64,000 nt of DNA from Microbotryum violaceum. Lineage: Eukaryota. The translations under genes were made by a program, and so were the position numbers. The DNA lies in contig CDLV01000006.1 in assembly GCA_001244265.2 (NCBI GenBank), positions 2,604,001-2,668,000 of the forward strand, written 5' to 3'. The notes under the pieces were generated by a model. It was given only the letters and a program-made list of their open reading frames with translations. It made no database searches and was not told the origin of the DNA. Positions 1-10,837 of the stretch are shown piece after piece (position 1 is the first letter of the stretch; each line of letters opens with the position of its first letter).

Positions 1-1891
1 CTTACCCCATTCCGGCTTCGACCAGCAGCGCAGCGCCTTTGCGACGGCCCTCATGCTTGGCAAGAAGCTCAATCGGACTGTCCTTGTTCCCCCCGTTTGG
101 CTCGGGAAGCCAAATCCTTACAAACCTTATGATCAGCTTCAAGGGTCGTGGAACGATGCGCTGCATCAGTATCCGTCGTCGTTCCGGATCTCCGGTGACA
201 AAGGAAGGTTTCCGTCCTCTACTAAGTCTCCACTCCTCAAGCCGGGCAATTACTCCTCGACGCTAAACGGAGCACTGGATATTGGGAAGGTGAGAGCTTG
301 TCAACTTCGCCGCCCCTATATCAGCTTTCACTAACCTGATACTAGACACCACTGATACAACAGCTCCAGCTGACTTTGGGACCAGACACGATGGAAAACG
401 CGGCAGACTGCAAACCCTCCGATGCTGAGTGTCAAAAACCAAGCACTACGTTCGTTTCTTGGGATCGACTCGTCGACTTGGACGCGGTTACGAGAAATAA
501 CGGAGTCAAGCTGGTGAATCGTTGGGACATGCGAGAGAAAGCTCTGGAGCAATTGCTGGAAAAGCGGCCCGAGGACTTTGTGAGTACTCCTTCGGTCCAT
601 TCCTCCGTTTATGCCAGCGTCGGTCACCAATGTGACGCCCATCTGAACGCCTACAGTTCATTCTCCATGACCAATCACACGACGATCTCAGCTTCTTGGA
701 TGATATCTCCGGGAAAGTGGGCGTGGGGGCCTTTACCAACCAGTCCACACCACCCCTCTTGCACTCCGCATCAGGCTCAAGTTCCGATCGTTCTGGCTCG
801 CGCGAAGTTTCCCTCAGTGCGCTCAACATGCTTTCCCAAAAGGTTTTGTTGGTTGGAAGTCTAGCGGGGACTATGCGCCTGCAATCTCTGGATCCTGCCC
901 TGTCAAGTCTCCATCAGTCGCTGGCTTTCCGTTCTTCTCGATTGATCGCCCCTGCTCGAGCGATGCGGCATCGTCTTGGTGGAGCGTACGGTTATGCCGG
1001 TGTGTACGCTAGGATCAGGAACAAAACAAACAAGGACCCCACCGAGCTCTATTTGGGTGAAGCATGGCATGACCTTGTCGCTCGGTTGAAGATTGAGCCG
1101 TCCGTTGCCCAGGCCATGTGGGAGCTCGTCCGTCCGGTCAACGAGAAGTGCAGCGTTTCAAAGTCGACTCCAACTCGTTCATCCTCGCGGAAGAAGTCAA
1201 GGTTGAAGAAGATCCGTCTCAGCGCTGATGTCCTGTCCGGTGCTCCCAAGAGACCCTTGGGCCTCAAAACGGGAAGCACCATCTTCGAAGATGATACTAC
1301 CGTGTTCTCTTTGCCGGCGACCACGAGCCACCATAGGCTTCATCGACGTCACATTCGAGGCGAACAGTCCCCTTCCCCAGATCTGGTTTTCAACCAATGT
1401 CGTAGTAATGTTCATACGGACAGCGAACACCTCCCATTCAATACCCCTATCTACCTCGCGACCAACTCCCCTGATCCTGAAGGCGATCCCAAGCTAGCGA
1501 TTTTCTTCAAGGCCTTTCCATGCACGTTCATTCGGTCGGACTTCGAGGTCCCGAGTAAGATGAACGGTGGAGAAGTGGTGGAGAGTCTCTTGAAATTGAG
1601 GAGGTTGGTCAATGTCAACGATGGAGCGGCTCTTGGCCAGATGTTTGAACCTCTATTGGACCAGACTGTGGTGGCGATGGCGATGATCTCCATGCAGGCA
1701 AAAGGAACGCTGTCGAGCAGTAAGTAGTTCGCGCTCATCCCGACCTATTCTTTTTTTAAACGACTGAACCATCTTTCCCGATCGCAGCTTTTGTGGAACG
1801 AGACCTCCATACTGCCTACCGCCAAGACCGCTACGACGAACAACAGGTGCCGGCGGAGAGCAACCACGGCACCGTCTTTGGGCATTGGTGA
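1..1891 (+). CDS. CigA-like / O-fucosyltransferase-like protein, 5' partial, multi-exon
   Basis: Opens with LPHSGFDQQRSAFATALMLGKKLNRTVLVPPVWLG, resembling the fungal LPHSGFxNQR..LNRTL motif. C-terminal IYLAT and GTLSSTF elements. Last intron 1720-1787; TGA at 1889-1891. Confidence 0.65.
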
Positions 1892-2473
1892 AGCTCACTC
1901 AAAGATTTGCAGGTGCTCGCGTACATGTTTGATTCATAACATTTTCGGATCGAAATTTTCGCCTGAGTTACATTTAGACCATCGGATAGGTATCTATTGA
2001 CCGGCTTGAACAGTTCTCTGGTTAGGATTTTCCACCCATGCTCATTGCCGCATTTGTATATCCACTATGTATCCCATTAGTATCCGTAGCAAGTGTGTTG
2101 CAACATCCCACTTTTTTATTCCTTCCTTTGTTCGACCTTCCGACCATCAAGTGGGAGGTTCGGGGGCTCGGGGGCTCGGGGGTCCGGGGGAGGCTGTCCG
2201 TCGTTTTCACCCTCGTCCGCAGCGATCTGTGCGTGAATCGGTCCACTAGCACTAGCCAAAAGACGGGTCACGGGTCCCTGGGTTCCCTTGGGTAGCAAAA
2301 CACGACAGTGTCTGCTAAAGATACTCAGTCTCTCTTTCTCAACCTTATGGATATCTTTCACTCAACCTGACAGGTCTTCACCTCTCTCAGACTTCCGTCA
2401 TTTGGCTGGTTCCACATTCGCTCCTAAGTGTCTATCTTCCTGCGGGACAAAGAGCGGCGCACGGACCAGCGCA

Positions 2474-3736
2474 ATGATGTTCGTTCCCCGGATCGCGTAC
2501 CCAGCCTTAAGGCAACGACAAAACTTCCTCGACTTGATCAAGCAGGGGTACTGGTCTCCCCACACCGCTTCTGTGGATCAGTGAGTGGGAAGACGTGAGA
2601 CTCAACGAGCTGGCAAAGCTCTTTGAGCGAGTTGGTTGAAACAATACCTTTTATGATGGTCACATTGAAGTTGCGAGCTAAATTATTCCAAGTCGGAATG
2701 GATCGCCGAGTACTACAACACCATAACAAGTTTGGTGTTAGGTGAGTGTTCGCATTAGACGTGAAGGGTATCAACGAGCCAGCACAGCCCCTGACGCATT
2801 TTCCTTTGATGAATCAAGTCATCCTGGGCATGCAAGCTTTCGCAAGTTCGATTCGACAAAAACTTCCAAAAAGATTCCGGATCGCAACTTTTGGATTCGT
2901 GATGCTCGGGATCACCTCCTCGCTCCACCACGCCACTTTAGGCTTCGAGTTCCAGCTCTTGGACGAATTAGTCGTCGTCTGGCTCACTTCGTTGGTGGCG
3001 TGGATCGTATGGGATACGACACCGGTTGCGCAAGATACAAACTGGAATATGAGGATTATACTTCTCTTCGTCAATGCGGTGTTTACGATTTTGCATGCCT
3101 TGCGTCGCGAGTACGTTTGGTTTTCGAAACAGCCCGTGGTAGAGAAATTCGGAATTACGACGTGCAGCTGATAGGGTCATCCGTCTTCTCGATTCAATGT
3201 ATAGCCCAGTATTGATGGAGCTCTGCCACGGTTGGACGTCGGTTCTGCTAATCGCTCGTTTGGGGCAGCTCTTGATGTCGAACGCCCTTCCGGATTCCAA
3301 AGGGGTGCAAGAGGGTCGTCGGATGATTCGTTCGGCTGCTTCGCTAGGAGGTCAGTGATTCCGGTAGTACCAACCCCTGACTGATATCAAAACCCTGATG
3401 CTATCATGTGAATTCGATATCACAGGCTTCGCCCTCATCGCCCACAAAGCGGACCGTTCATTCTGCATCCCTTCAACTGCACTCAAGATTCTCGCATTTC
3501 CGCGCCTCGCATTCCTGCTCGAGGGTCACGCGTGGTCCCACGTTCTGTCGGGGCTTAGTCTACAGCGTTTGATCTTGGGTATTTTTTTGATCACAATGTC
3601 TATTCGGGACGATCCGGCTCATTGGGTGGGAATGACGTGCGGGTGGATCGAGGTTGTCGAAAGGACTGAACAGGGGTGGAAGGCGCTGGAGATGGATATT
3701 TCTTCATCAAGGAAGGGCATCACGCAAACGACGTAA
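2474..3736 (+). CDS. Divergent alkaline ceramidase paralog (CREST superfamily), 5 exons
   Basis: Exons 2474-2580, 2671-2741, 2819-3110, 3205-3350 and 3426-3736 splice in frame. They give GYWSPHTASVDHCELNY..IAEYYNT, SSLHH, QLLDEL and LLEGHAWSH, colinear with the neighbouring ceramidase. Confidence 0.8.
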
Positions 3737-4242
3737 CTGAAGTTGCCATGATATACGGGGCAATTTGGTCCGAACTGGAATTACACGCGTGGTGTGGAAC
3801 GTAGTGACCCTGGTGGGGATGGGAACGAGTCGAGTATAATTTGCAACCCCAGTCGCCGGATAGTACTAGCCTCGGGGCCTCGGGGGACTCAGCTAGGAGG
3901 TCATGTATCACGTGAGCAAGGTAGTAATCCCACAACTGCAGTTGGATGTTCTCGATTTTTTTCTCACCACCGGTGGGCTGATATTCATCGACGACAAACC
4001 GATCGGACCTTGTCCTGGTCGACAGGATCAATGCACTGCAGAGTGCTCACTGGCAGGCTCGGGCTCGTGGCTGTAAGCTCGGGCTGATCGTGCGGTGCAG
4101 GCAGAGAGAGCGCCCCGAGAACGAGGGCGCGCGGGCCAAATCGGCTGGGAGAGTGAGACCCATCTACGTTTCTCTTTCCCTCTTTCGTCATCCTAGCTCC
4201 ACCACTCGACTCCTACAATCATCGACATCCATATTCGCTAAC

Positions 4243-6086
4243 ATGGGTCACGAACACCTCCATCGAACAATATGGAACGTAAGTACCTTCGCTGCGTCCT
4301 CCTACATCCGGACCGTCCCCCGGAGACTCGGACGCTTGAGACATGACATGCACGAATTCGAACACGTCGATTGGAACTGACGACGACCCGGTGGCTTGCC
4401 TGCTTAATTCGGCTTCGGCTTTGTCACCTGCAGCACGAAGACATTGGCAGGACCGGCTATTGGGGGTGAGTGGCGCAGTAGGACTTGCGATGGGTACAAG
4501 GGGCTGATCCTATGTTGACCACCGCAGAGCTGCTACGTCCTCGATTGACTGGTACGTCTTCTCGGCGTCTTCTCGGCGTAACGACAGCCAGGCCACACCC
4601 CGCTCCCCGCTCAGGTTCAGGCTTGGTCGACCATCGAGGACCGGAGCGCGTGCCGAGCGAGCCTAGCCGAGCCGAGGCCAGATGCGCTAGTACCTCGATT
4701 CCTCGAAGGTGCTATAGTGGGCGCCAGAATCTTTCCAAACCGGCGAAGAAGATCATCTCGTGCTTCACGACGTCGGGGTGGGTTCCCCAAAACTCACTTC
4801 ACCCCCCCCCCCCCCCCCCCATCTCTACTACCTTTCCCCACCGTCACTTTCTCACTGCCACAATGACAGGTGCGAAGCCAACTTCATCCACACACGCTAC
4901 ATCGCCGAACTGTACAACACCATCTCCAACACGTTCATGATCTTTGCCGGATTTTATGGGGTCTACAAGGCGCTACAACACCGTCTACCTAAGCGGATCT
5001 TGCTCAGCTACCTCAGTCTGTCCATCATCGGACTTGGAAGTGCCATGTTCCACACCGTAAGTTTGTTCCACTGACACCTCAGCATCTCGAAGAACTCACC
5101 AACAACCAGCCCCCCCACAGACACTCCAATACGCGTGGCAACTCGGCGACGAATTGCCCATGATCTACACCTCGACCTTGATCGCCTGGCTCGTCTTTGA
5201 CATCACCCCTCTCAGCCAGAAAACGCCTTGGTTACCGCCCCTTTGCGTGGTCATCTTCAACGTCACGTTTACGCTCATGTATCTTTTCTACCCCAAGTGA
5301 GTTGGGGGCAGCCTGAAAAATGCACACCTCGAGGGGAGCTGACCCAAAGTGCTCTCGCTAGTCCTGTATTCCACCAAGTTGCTTGTAAGTCAAAGTCTTT
5401 CCCTGCCGGTGGGGGCCAGTCGCAGCCGAGGACTGAATGTCGATCCTTTTCATTCTCAGATGGGATTTTGGTCGTCTCGATGACGCTCCGAGGCGCCTAT
5501 TTGATCCTGTACAAGATGAAGGACAACACCTTGGCCCGCCAAGTGAAGCACCTTCAAGCCTGGGGAACCGCATCATTCGGTGAGTCCACCCTCTCCTTCT
5601 AAACCTGCAGCGCTTCTCGCTAGGCAAAGTGGGCAGAGGACTGATCTACAATGACCTTGAATGAAAAAGTGTTCGCTTTCGCGATCTGGAACATCGACAA
5701 CATCTTTTGCGACTCGACGTGGGCGCCGTTGAAGCAGCGCGTCGGCGCACCTTGGAACGTCTTGCTCGAGGGTCATAGTTGGGTGAGTATATCAGCCCGG
5801 GTCCCGCTCTTTTGAACAAAGGCGAAGCCTCAATTCTGACAGCTTCTTACCTCGATACTCTTAACAGTGGCACATCTTCACCGGTCTCGGCGGTTACTCC
5901 ATCATCGGCGCCTTGACGATGGTCACCCTTTCTTTGCGCGACGATCCCAAGCACTACCGCCTCAACTTCAAGTACGGTTGTTTGGCCTGGGTCTCGAGAA
6001 CGGCCAAAGGGTGGGAGGTGTTGGAGGCAGGTAAGAAAGGGACGGAGAGGAGTCGGTTGCTTAGGAATGGGAGGAGGGACGATTGA
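4243..6086 (+). CDS. Alkaline ceramidase (YPC1/YDC1/ACER3 family), many small exons
   Basis: Spliced product has GYWG..SSIDWCEANF..IAELYNTISN, GLGSAMFHTTL, QLGDELPM, WNIDNIFC and LLEGHSWWHIFTG. TGA at 6084-6086. Confidence 0.92.
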
Positions 6087-6273
6087 GGGGTGGCTCAGAG
6101 GTGGAATGCGGAAACTGTAGGAGCAAAACTACCTTCTTGTTCAAAGACTCGAACTGTACAGCTAATCAAAATGATAACCATACACGCATGGCTGGCTTCT
6201 TGAAGCATAGTTCGTAATCTTTCGTTGCAATTTCTCATCATCAATTCATCAACACACTACTACCAAAACCCAG

Positions 6274-6461
6274 TCAATACGCCCCTCGTTGAGCCTGCCC
6301 CACCCCGCCTTCCCCTTCACCGACCTCCCCCGTGATCGAACGAGACCAATACTGTCCCCCATAAATCCCTTCCGAAGCGGGGTAATACGACATACCCTGG
6401 TGATACTGCACCTGATGCGTCCCCATCGGTGTCGGTGCGTTAGGATTGGGGTAAGCGTACA

Positions 6462-6493
<32 letters not shown>

Positions 6494-8685
6494 AATTGAA
6501 GTTGGTGTTGTTGCGCAGCGAGGTAATAAGGATCATATACCGTCTGAGCTTGATAATAAGCCAGGTTCGAACCATCATCTGCGTAATAAGGACTTGCCCT
6601 ATTCGCGTAGTTATGAATAGGGTACGTTGACGTCATCACGGGTGAACGACTTGATTCTCTTGATGAAGAAGAGGGGTAAATCGTCTGTGCGGCCCAACCT
6701 TGTACGGGGTATTGATAAGGTGGCAATTGTCGCGCGTTCGTACCTTGCCCTATACTTGCGCCGGAACGTGTGACCGAATAATTCGCTGGAGGCGCTTTAA
6801 TGTCCAAGGCTTTGGAATGCCTGGCTGGAGCGAAGAACGGCGAAGGTCGACCCGCCTCTGTTATCATATGTTGATGATGAGGTGGGGGAGGCGTCGCCGT
6901 TCCGTGCGAAAGGATAGGTGAATAGCCTTCGTTTGAAGTTGTGGAACCGTAGTAGGTCGTTGGGGTGGGCTGATGCGGGTAGTAAGGGAGGTAGAGGGAG
7001 GCTTGGGGTTGGGGGTAGAAATGGGAAGGGAGGGGAGCGACGGCGATGGGGGAGAGGGGCGCTGAGGGAGGGGTCGCGAGACGTTGGATGTGAGGTGAAA
7101 TATTGCGCAACACGGGGTGAGTGGGGATGGCCGAGTATTGCGGTGGGGGTGCGACGATCGACACTGGCGGTTCGGGTGCTGCGGGTTGAGTAGGCAGCGA
7201 TACGGGGACCGAGGTTGGTGTCGGCGTAGGTGTCGACAGCGGCTCTTGCGATGTCGATTGTGAGATCGGTACTGCAGAAGTGGACACTTTGGCGGAATCA
7301 GACGTCGGTGTCGGTGTCGGTGTCGTTGGCTTGGGCACCTTGACCACAACAGGAAGACTCGAAGAGCTCGGCAATCGAACGACGCTCTGCGCTCGACCTT
7401 CGCCGAACAAGCGATCCTCCACCGCAGCAGGTCGAGTCGTCGTCGGCATTGGAGTAGGGACCGTAGTTGGAGACTTTTTATTCGTACTCGACGCCAAAGG
7501 GGTCGCGGAGTTCGAAGCCGGTGTAACGTGGACGTTGGGCGCAGCCTTGGGCATACGATAGCGGTAGTGAGGATGGAAAGGCAGGTGCGCAAAACGAGGG
7601 TTGATCGAGCCGGGGACAGGCGCAGGTGAAGGTCCGACTCTTGGACCAGCTCGGATTAAGGATTGCCTTTGTTGTCGCAAGAGCTGATTCCGGACGGGTG
7701 GAGCATTGCGATACGCTGCTGGGCCGGTCGGGATCGAAGGTGCTGTCGTCGAGATCGAGGTCGAAACAGATACTGGTGTTGGTCCCTTGGTCTGGACGGG
7801 GGTGAAAGCGTTCGGTACGGCGTTCTCGACCTGTGTTGAAGTCTCGCCAACCGCAGACTGGTCCGTCACCTCGGGCTCGTCCAGCCCCACAGCGGTGACG
7901 AATGCGGCACTGCCCTTGATCCTCATCTCCTGCTTCTCGCTTGGCTGCTCGCCCTTGGTGACTCCCTCCTTTCTCTTCTTATTCCTCTCCTTTCTCTTTT
8001 GCTTCCTCAACTCCATCATCCTTTCATACCCCTGCGGTTCCCTCATCTTCAACAGCAAGTCCCTCTGCGCCTTCTTGGACAGAATTTTGCCTTCGCCTTG
8101 CGTAAGGTGTGCCTCCCCAGCCACGATCTGCTCCAACGTAGGGGTGGCATCGAGTTGGTCCAAAGAGAGTTGCTCGAATTGTAGCGTCGGTAATGGGAGC
8201 GATGTTTGGGCCGATTCGGAAGCGACGAGTTGGTCGTCCCAGCTCGGGGTGAGTGGAGGTGGGGGGATCACCGAGTCGGCTTTATCAGCCACCAGGGTCG
8301 ACGTGGACGGGTTAGCAGTTGGAACGGTTGGTTTTCGCTCCTTGTTGAATTTTTTGCGAGGCTTCTTGGGGACTGATGGGGTGGGGTGATTCTCCTTGGT
8401 CTCTTGCTCCAATGGTCGCTCGCTCGGAGTCGGCGTTGAAGTCGAAGTTGAGGGGGAGGTCGAAGCCCCGGTTTGATCAGGATTGACTTTGGCAGCAGGC
8501 TTGCGACGTCGAGCCGGTTTGGTAGATTTGACCTTGAGGGTGGTCGAGTCTAACCCAGTGGACGGTGCCGAGGTGGATGAGGCCATCGTGGTAGAAGCAG
8601 CAGGGGCAGCAGGGGCAACGGAGGAAGTGGAGGAAGTGGAGGAAGTGGAGGGAGCGAGGTGGATATTGTTGGACGAGTCGGCCAT
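6274..8685 (-). CDS. Hypothetical low-complexity S/T/P-rich protein with a Lys/Arg-rich patch and a Q/Y-rich C-terminus
   Basis: ~800-codon uninterrupted ORF; first ATG at 8685 (MADSSNN); no domain recognised. Confidence 0.75.
6463..6492. repeat. (CTG)10 microsatellite encoding poly-Gln on the - strand
   Basis: Perfect CTG run inside the 6274-8685 ORF. Confidence 0.9.
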
Positions 8686-9284
8686 TGTGGAGTGGGGAGT
8701 AGCGAACGTCAATGATCAGGTTTGGAAAGAAAAGTAGATTCTGAGTGGTTGAGAAAGAACACGGGGTCAGCACCAGTGCGACCTGTGTGTATGCTTTCTC
8801 GCACGGTCTCGAGGAGGGCGGAACGGGTGGCGCGTGACTTGGGGGGGAAATCGAGACCGCTTGCGAAGCTCGCTTTTGAATATCCCAAGTCAGGTGAACG
8901 TGCACAGCTGGCTTGCGACCGGGAGCTGTGAGGAAGCGTAGCAACTCACACGATCGTACAGCGAAAGTAGACGTCGATTCGAAGAAAGGATCGTCAGAAA
9001 GAGCGGGTACAAGAGGTGCGGATGGGAGCGGAAGCGCGAGGAAGGTCAGAACGGTAATAGGTCGGTTGGAATCTGAACCATGTCCGGTGGTGACGCGGTG
9101 ACGCAGGACGAGCTTTCAGAGGTGCTGCCCGCGCTGGCAAGCGCTGCTGGCACAGGCACCAAAGCGCACCAGCGTCACGAGCGGGCCCCGCAGGAGACGC
9201 GTCGAGGCATGCGCGCCCGGACGGAATCGCGCATTAGCAACGCTGCAAAGTAATCCGTCCCTAACGCCGAATTGAGTATGGCCT

Positions 9285-9356
9285 ACTTTTTCTTCTTTCC
9301 CTCCTCTCTCTCTCTCTCTTTCTCTCTCTTTCTTTCTCTCTCTTTCTCTCTCTTTC
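9285..9356 (+). promoter_or_regulatory. ~70-nt pure pyrimidine (CT-rich) tract, probable fungal CT-box promoter element
   Basis: Only C/T on the + strand. Lies upstream of the structured region and divergent from the 8685 gene. Promoter role is inferred. Confidence 0.45.
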
Positions 9357-9541
9357 AGTTCTCACTTCCGATCGCGTCCCTTCTACCCGCGCATCGTTAC
9401 AACAATGCAATGTCGTCGCTCGATTTCTGATCAGCTTCTTCACATTCCTTACGCATCGCTGGCCTATACCACGCCTTGTGAGCTCCCGCTCAGTAGCTCA
9501 GCAACCCTTCGCAACCAGTCCACACGTCGGCCGTCCCGTTC

Positions 9542-10343
9542 CTCCTGTGAACGAACGTCCCTACTCTCTCTACACACACACACATACACCATGACAGTCA
9601 GGTCAACTCGCTATCCCTTTTTTGTCTAGAAAAAGGGAATCAACCTAGGCGATGGTACCGTTACGTTCGTGGGAGATACAACATCTCGAACCTCTCGGTC
9701 AACGTTGGAAGGGGGTTTGCGAACAGTTGAAGATCAGAGTCGACCTCTTTCGGGCTCTGCGCGTGCGGGTCTTTTGATGTCGTGTCTTTGTCTCGATCGG
9801 CCTTGGGGCTCTGTCATGGTCTTTGTTGGTGGGTTTTTGGGGCATCCCTTGGCTATGACCTGGTCGGGTTCTTCTTTTGAGCCCTGAGAAGAGGGTGGAA
9901 AGCCCCTTGTGGGCGACTACACTCCCGCTTCAGTTCTCGGAAGAGTAAAGGCCCGGTCAGGTTCAAGGATCATCTCGGAATCTGACTCGGCGGGATTAGA
10001 TGGAGTCTGGCTTGATCTTTGACGGCTCAACATTGGGAGGCTCACTCGAAGGGAGCACCGGCGGATTCGATTCGACTTTTCCTCTTTCGCCTTTTTCTGA
10101 CAATTTGACCGCTAAAAAGGTTTGGATCGGTTCCTCGTTTCGATTCACGTCGAGGTGAGGATCTCGTTGTCTAACAGAGTGGTCATTCGAATACATCTTG
10201 GGATCTTTCTGATCTCGGGAAGGCAGGGCGGGGGGGAAGGCAATATGATCAGTCTCTCGGGATTGTTCGTCTTCTTTTTCCTCTTTTTCACGTCAACTGT
10301 TTGAACCTTTTCGGATTCAGTGACCTAGTTTTTCGGACAAACA
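9542..10343 (+). ncRNA. Candidate large structured non-coding RNA, identity unknown
   Basis: No credible ORF. Many helices with G-U pairs on the + strand: 9542-9557/9659-9675, 9614-9622/9630-9638, 9720-9730/10293-10303, 9858-9870/9950-9962, 10132-10143/10150-10161 and 10196-10205/10211-10220. Confidence 0.55.
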
Positions 10344-10837
10344 CTTTCTTGTAATAATACTCTGTCTAGTTGCAAGGTGTGATCAATCCATTCTTTCGCA
10401 CCTGTTTCATAGGAGCGAGCTCACGCTCAGGAGATTAAGGAGTAGTAGCCCGGATTAGTAGCGTATAAGGCGCCTCCTGACCTGTAAATTTTTCAGCAAG
10501 GCCCAAACACAATTCGATTCAACTGACATCGATTCTCTACTCTGCTTTGTTATCCTTTGCTATCTCGGCTTGTTGGGAATTTTCTTATGAATTCCGACTT
10601 TTCCATCGACGCGTAACGTTCGTTTCAGCGAGGACGATCAACTCGCTTCAGAGCTCAGAGCGCTCAGAGCGTGCTCGGCTTAGCTCGGCACCTCCTCCGA
10701 CTCTGCGCCGGGTCCACGAGGGTCCACGAGCCCGAGCCGAAAAAGGGGGGGGGGGGGGGACGGGAGATCTCCTCTCGGACTCTTTTTCACCTCCGCACCG
10801 TCTGCCATTTCACCCCCTACTCCGCTGCTTCCCAGCA

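Noticed and set aside
9251-9265. CCCTAAC / TAATCCGTCCCTAA as a telomerase template
   Set aside because: Only 7 nt match TTAGGG repeats, and it lies upstream of the CT tract and outside the folded region. Kept only as something to test.
9276-9358. GTATGG...polypyrimidine...CAG as an intron
   Set aside because: No CTRAY branch point near the acceptor and no flanking coding exons; a CT-box promoter is more likely.
9902-9914. GCCC-CTTGT-GGGC as telomerase P6.1
   Set aside because: The loop has U2/G4, but the hairpin caps a linear arm rather than sitting in a three-way junction.
9897-10046. RNase MRP/P RNA (GGAAAGCCCC and ACATTGGGAGGCTCACT resemble CR-I/CR-V)
   Set aside because: P4 pairing is non-canonical, no GARAR-loop P8 follows, and the CR-V-like motif is ~250 nt from the 3' closing helix.
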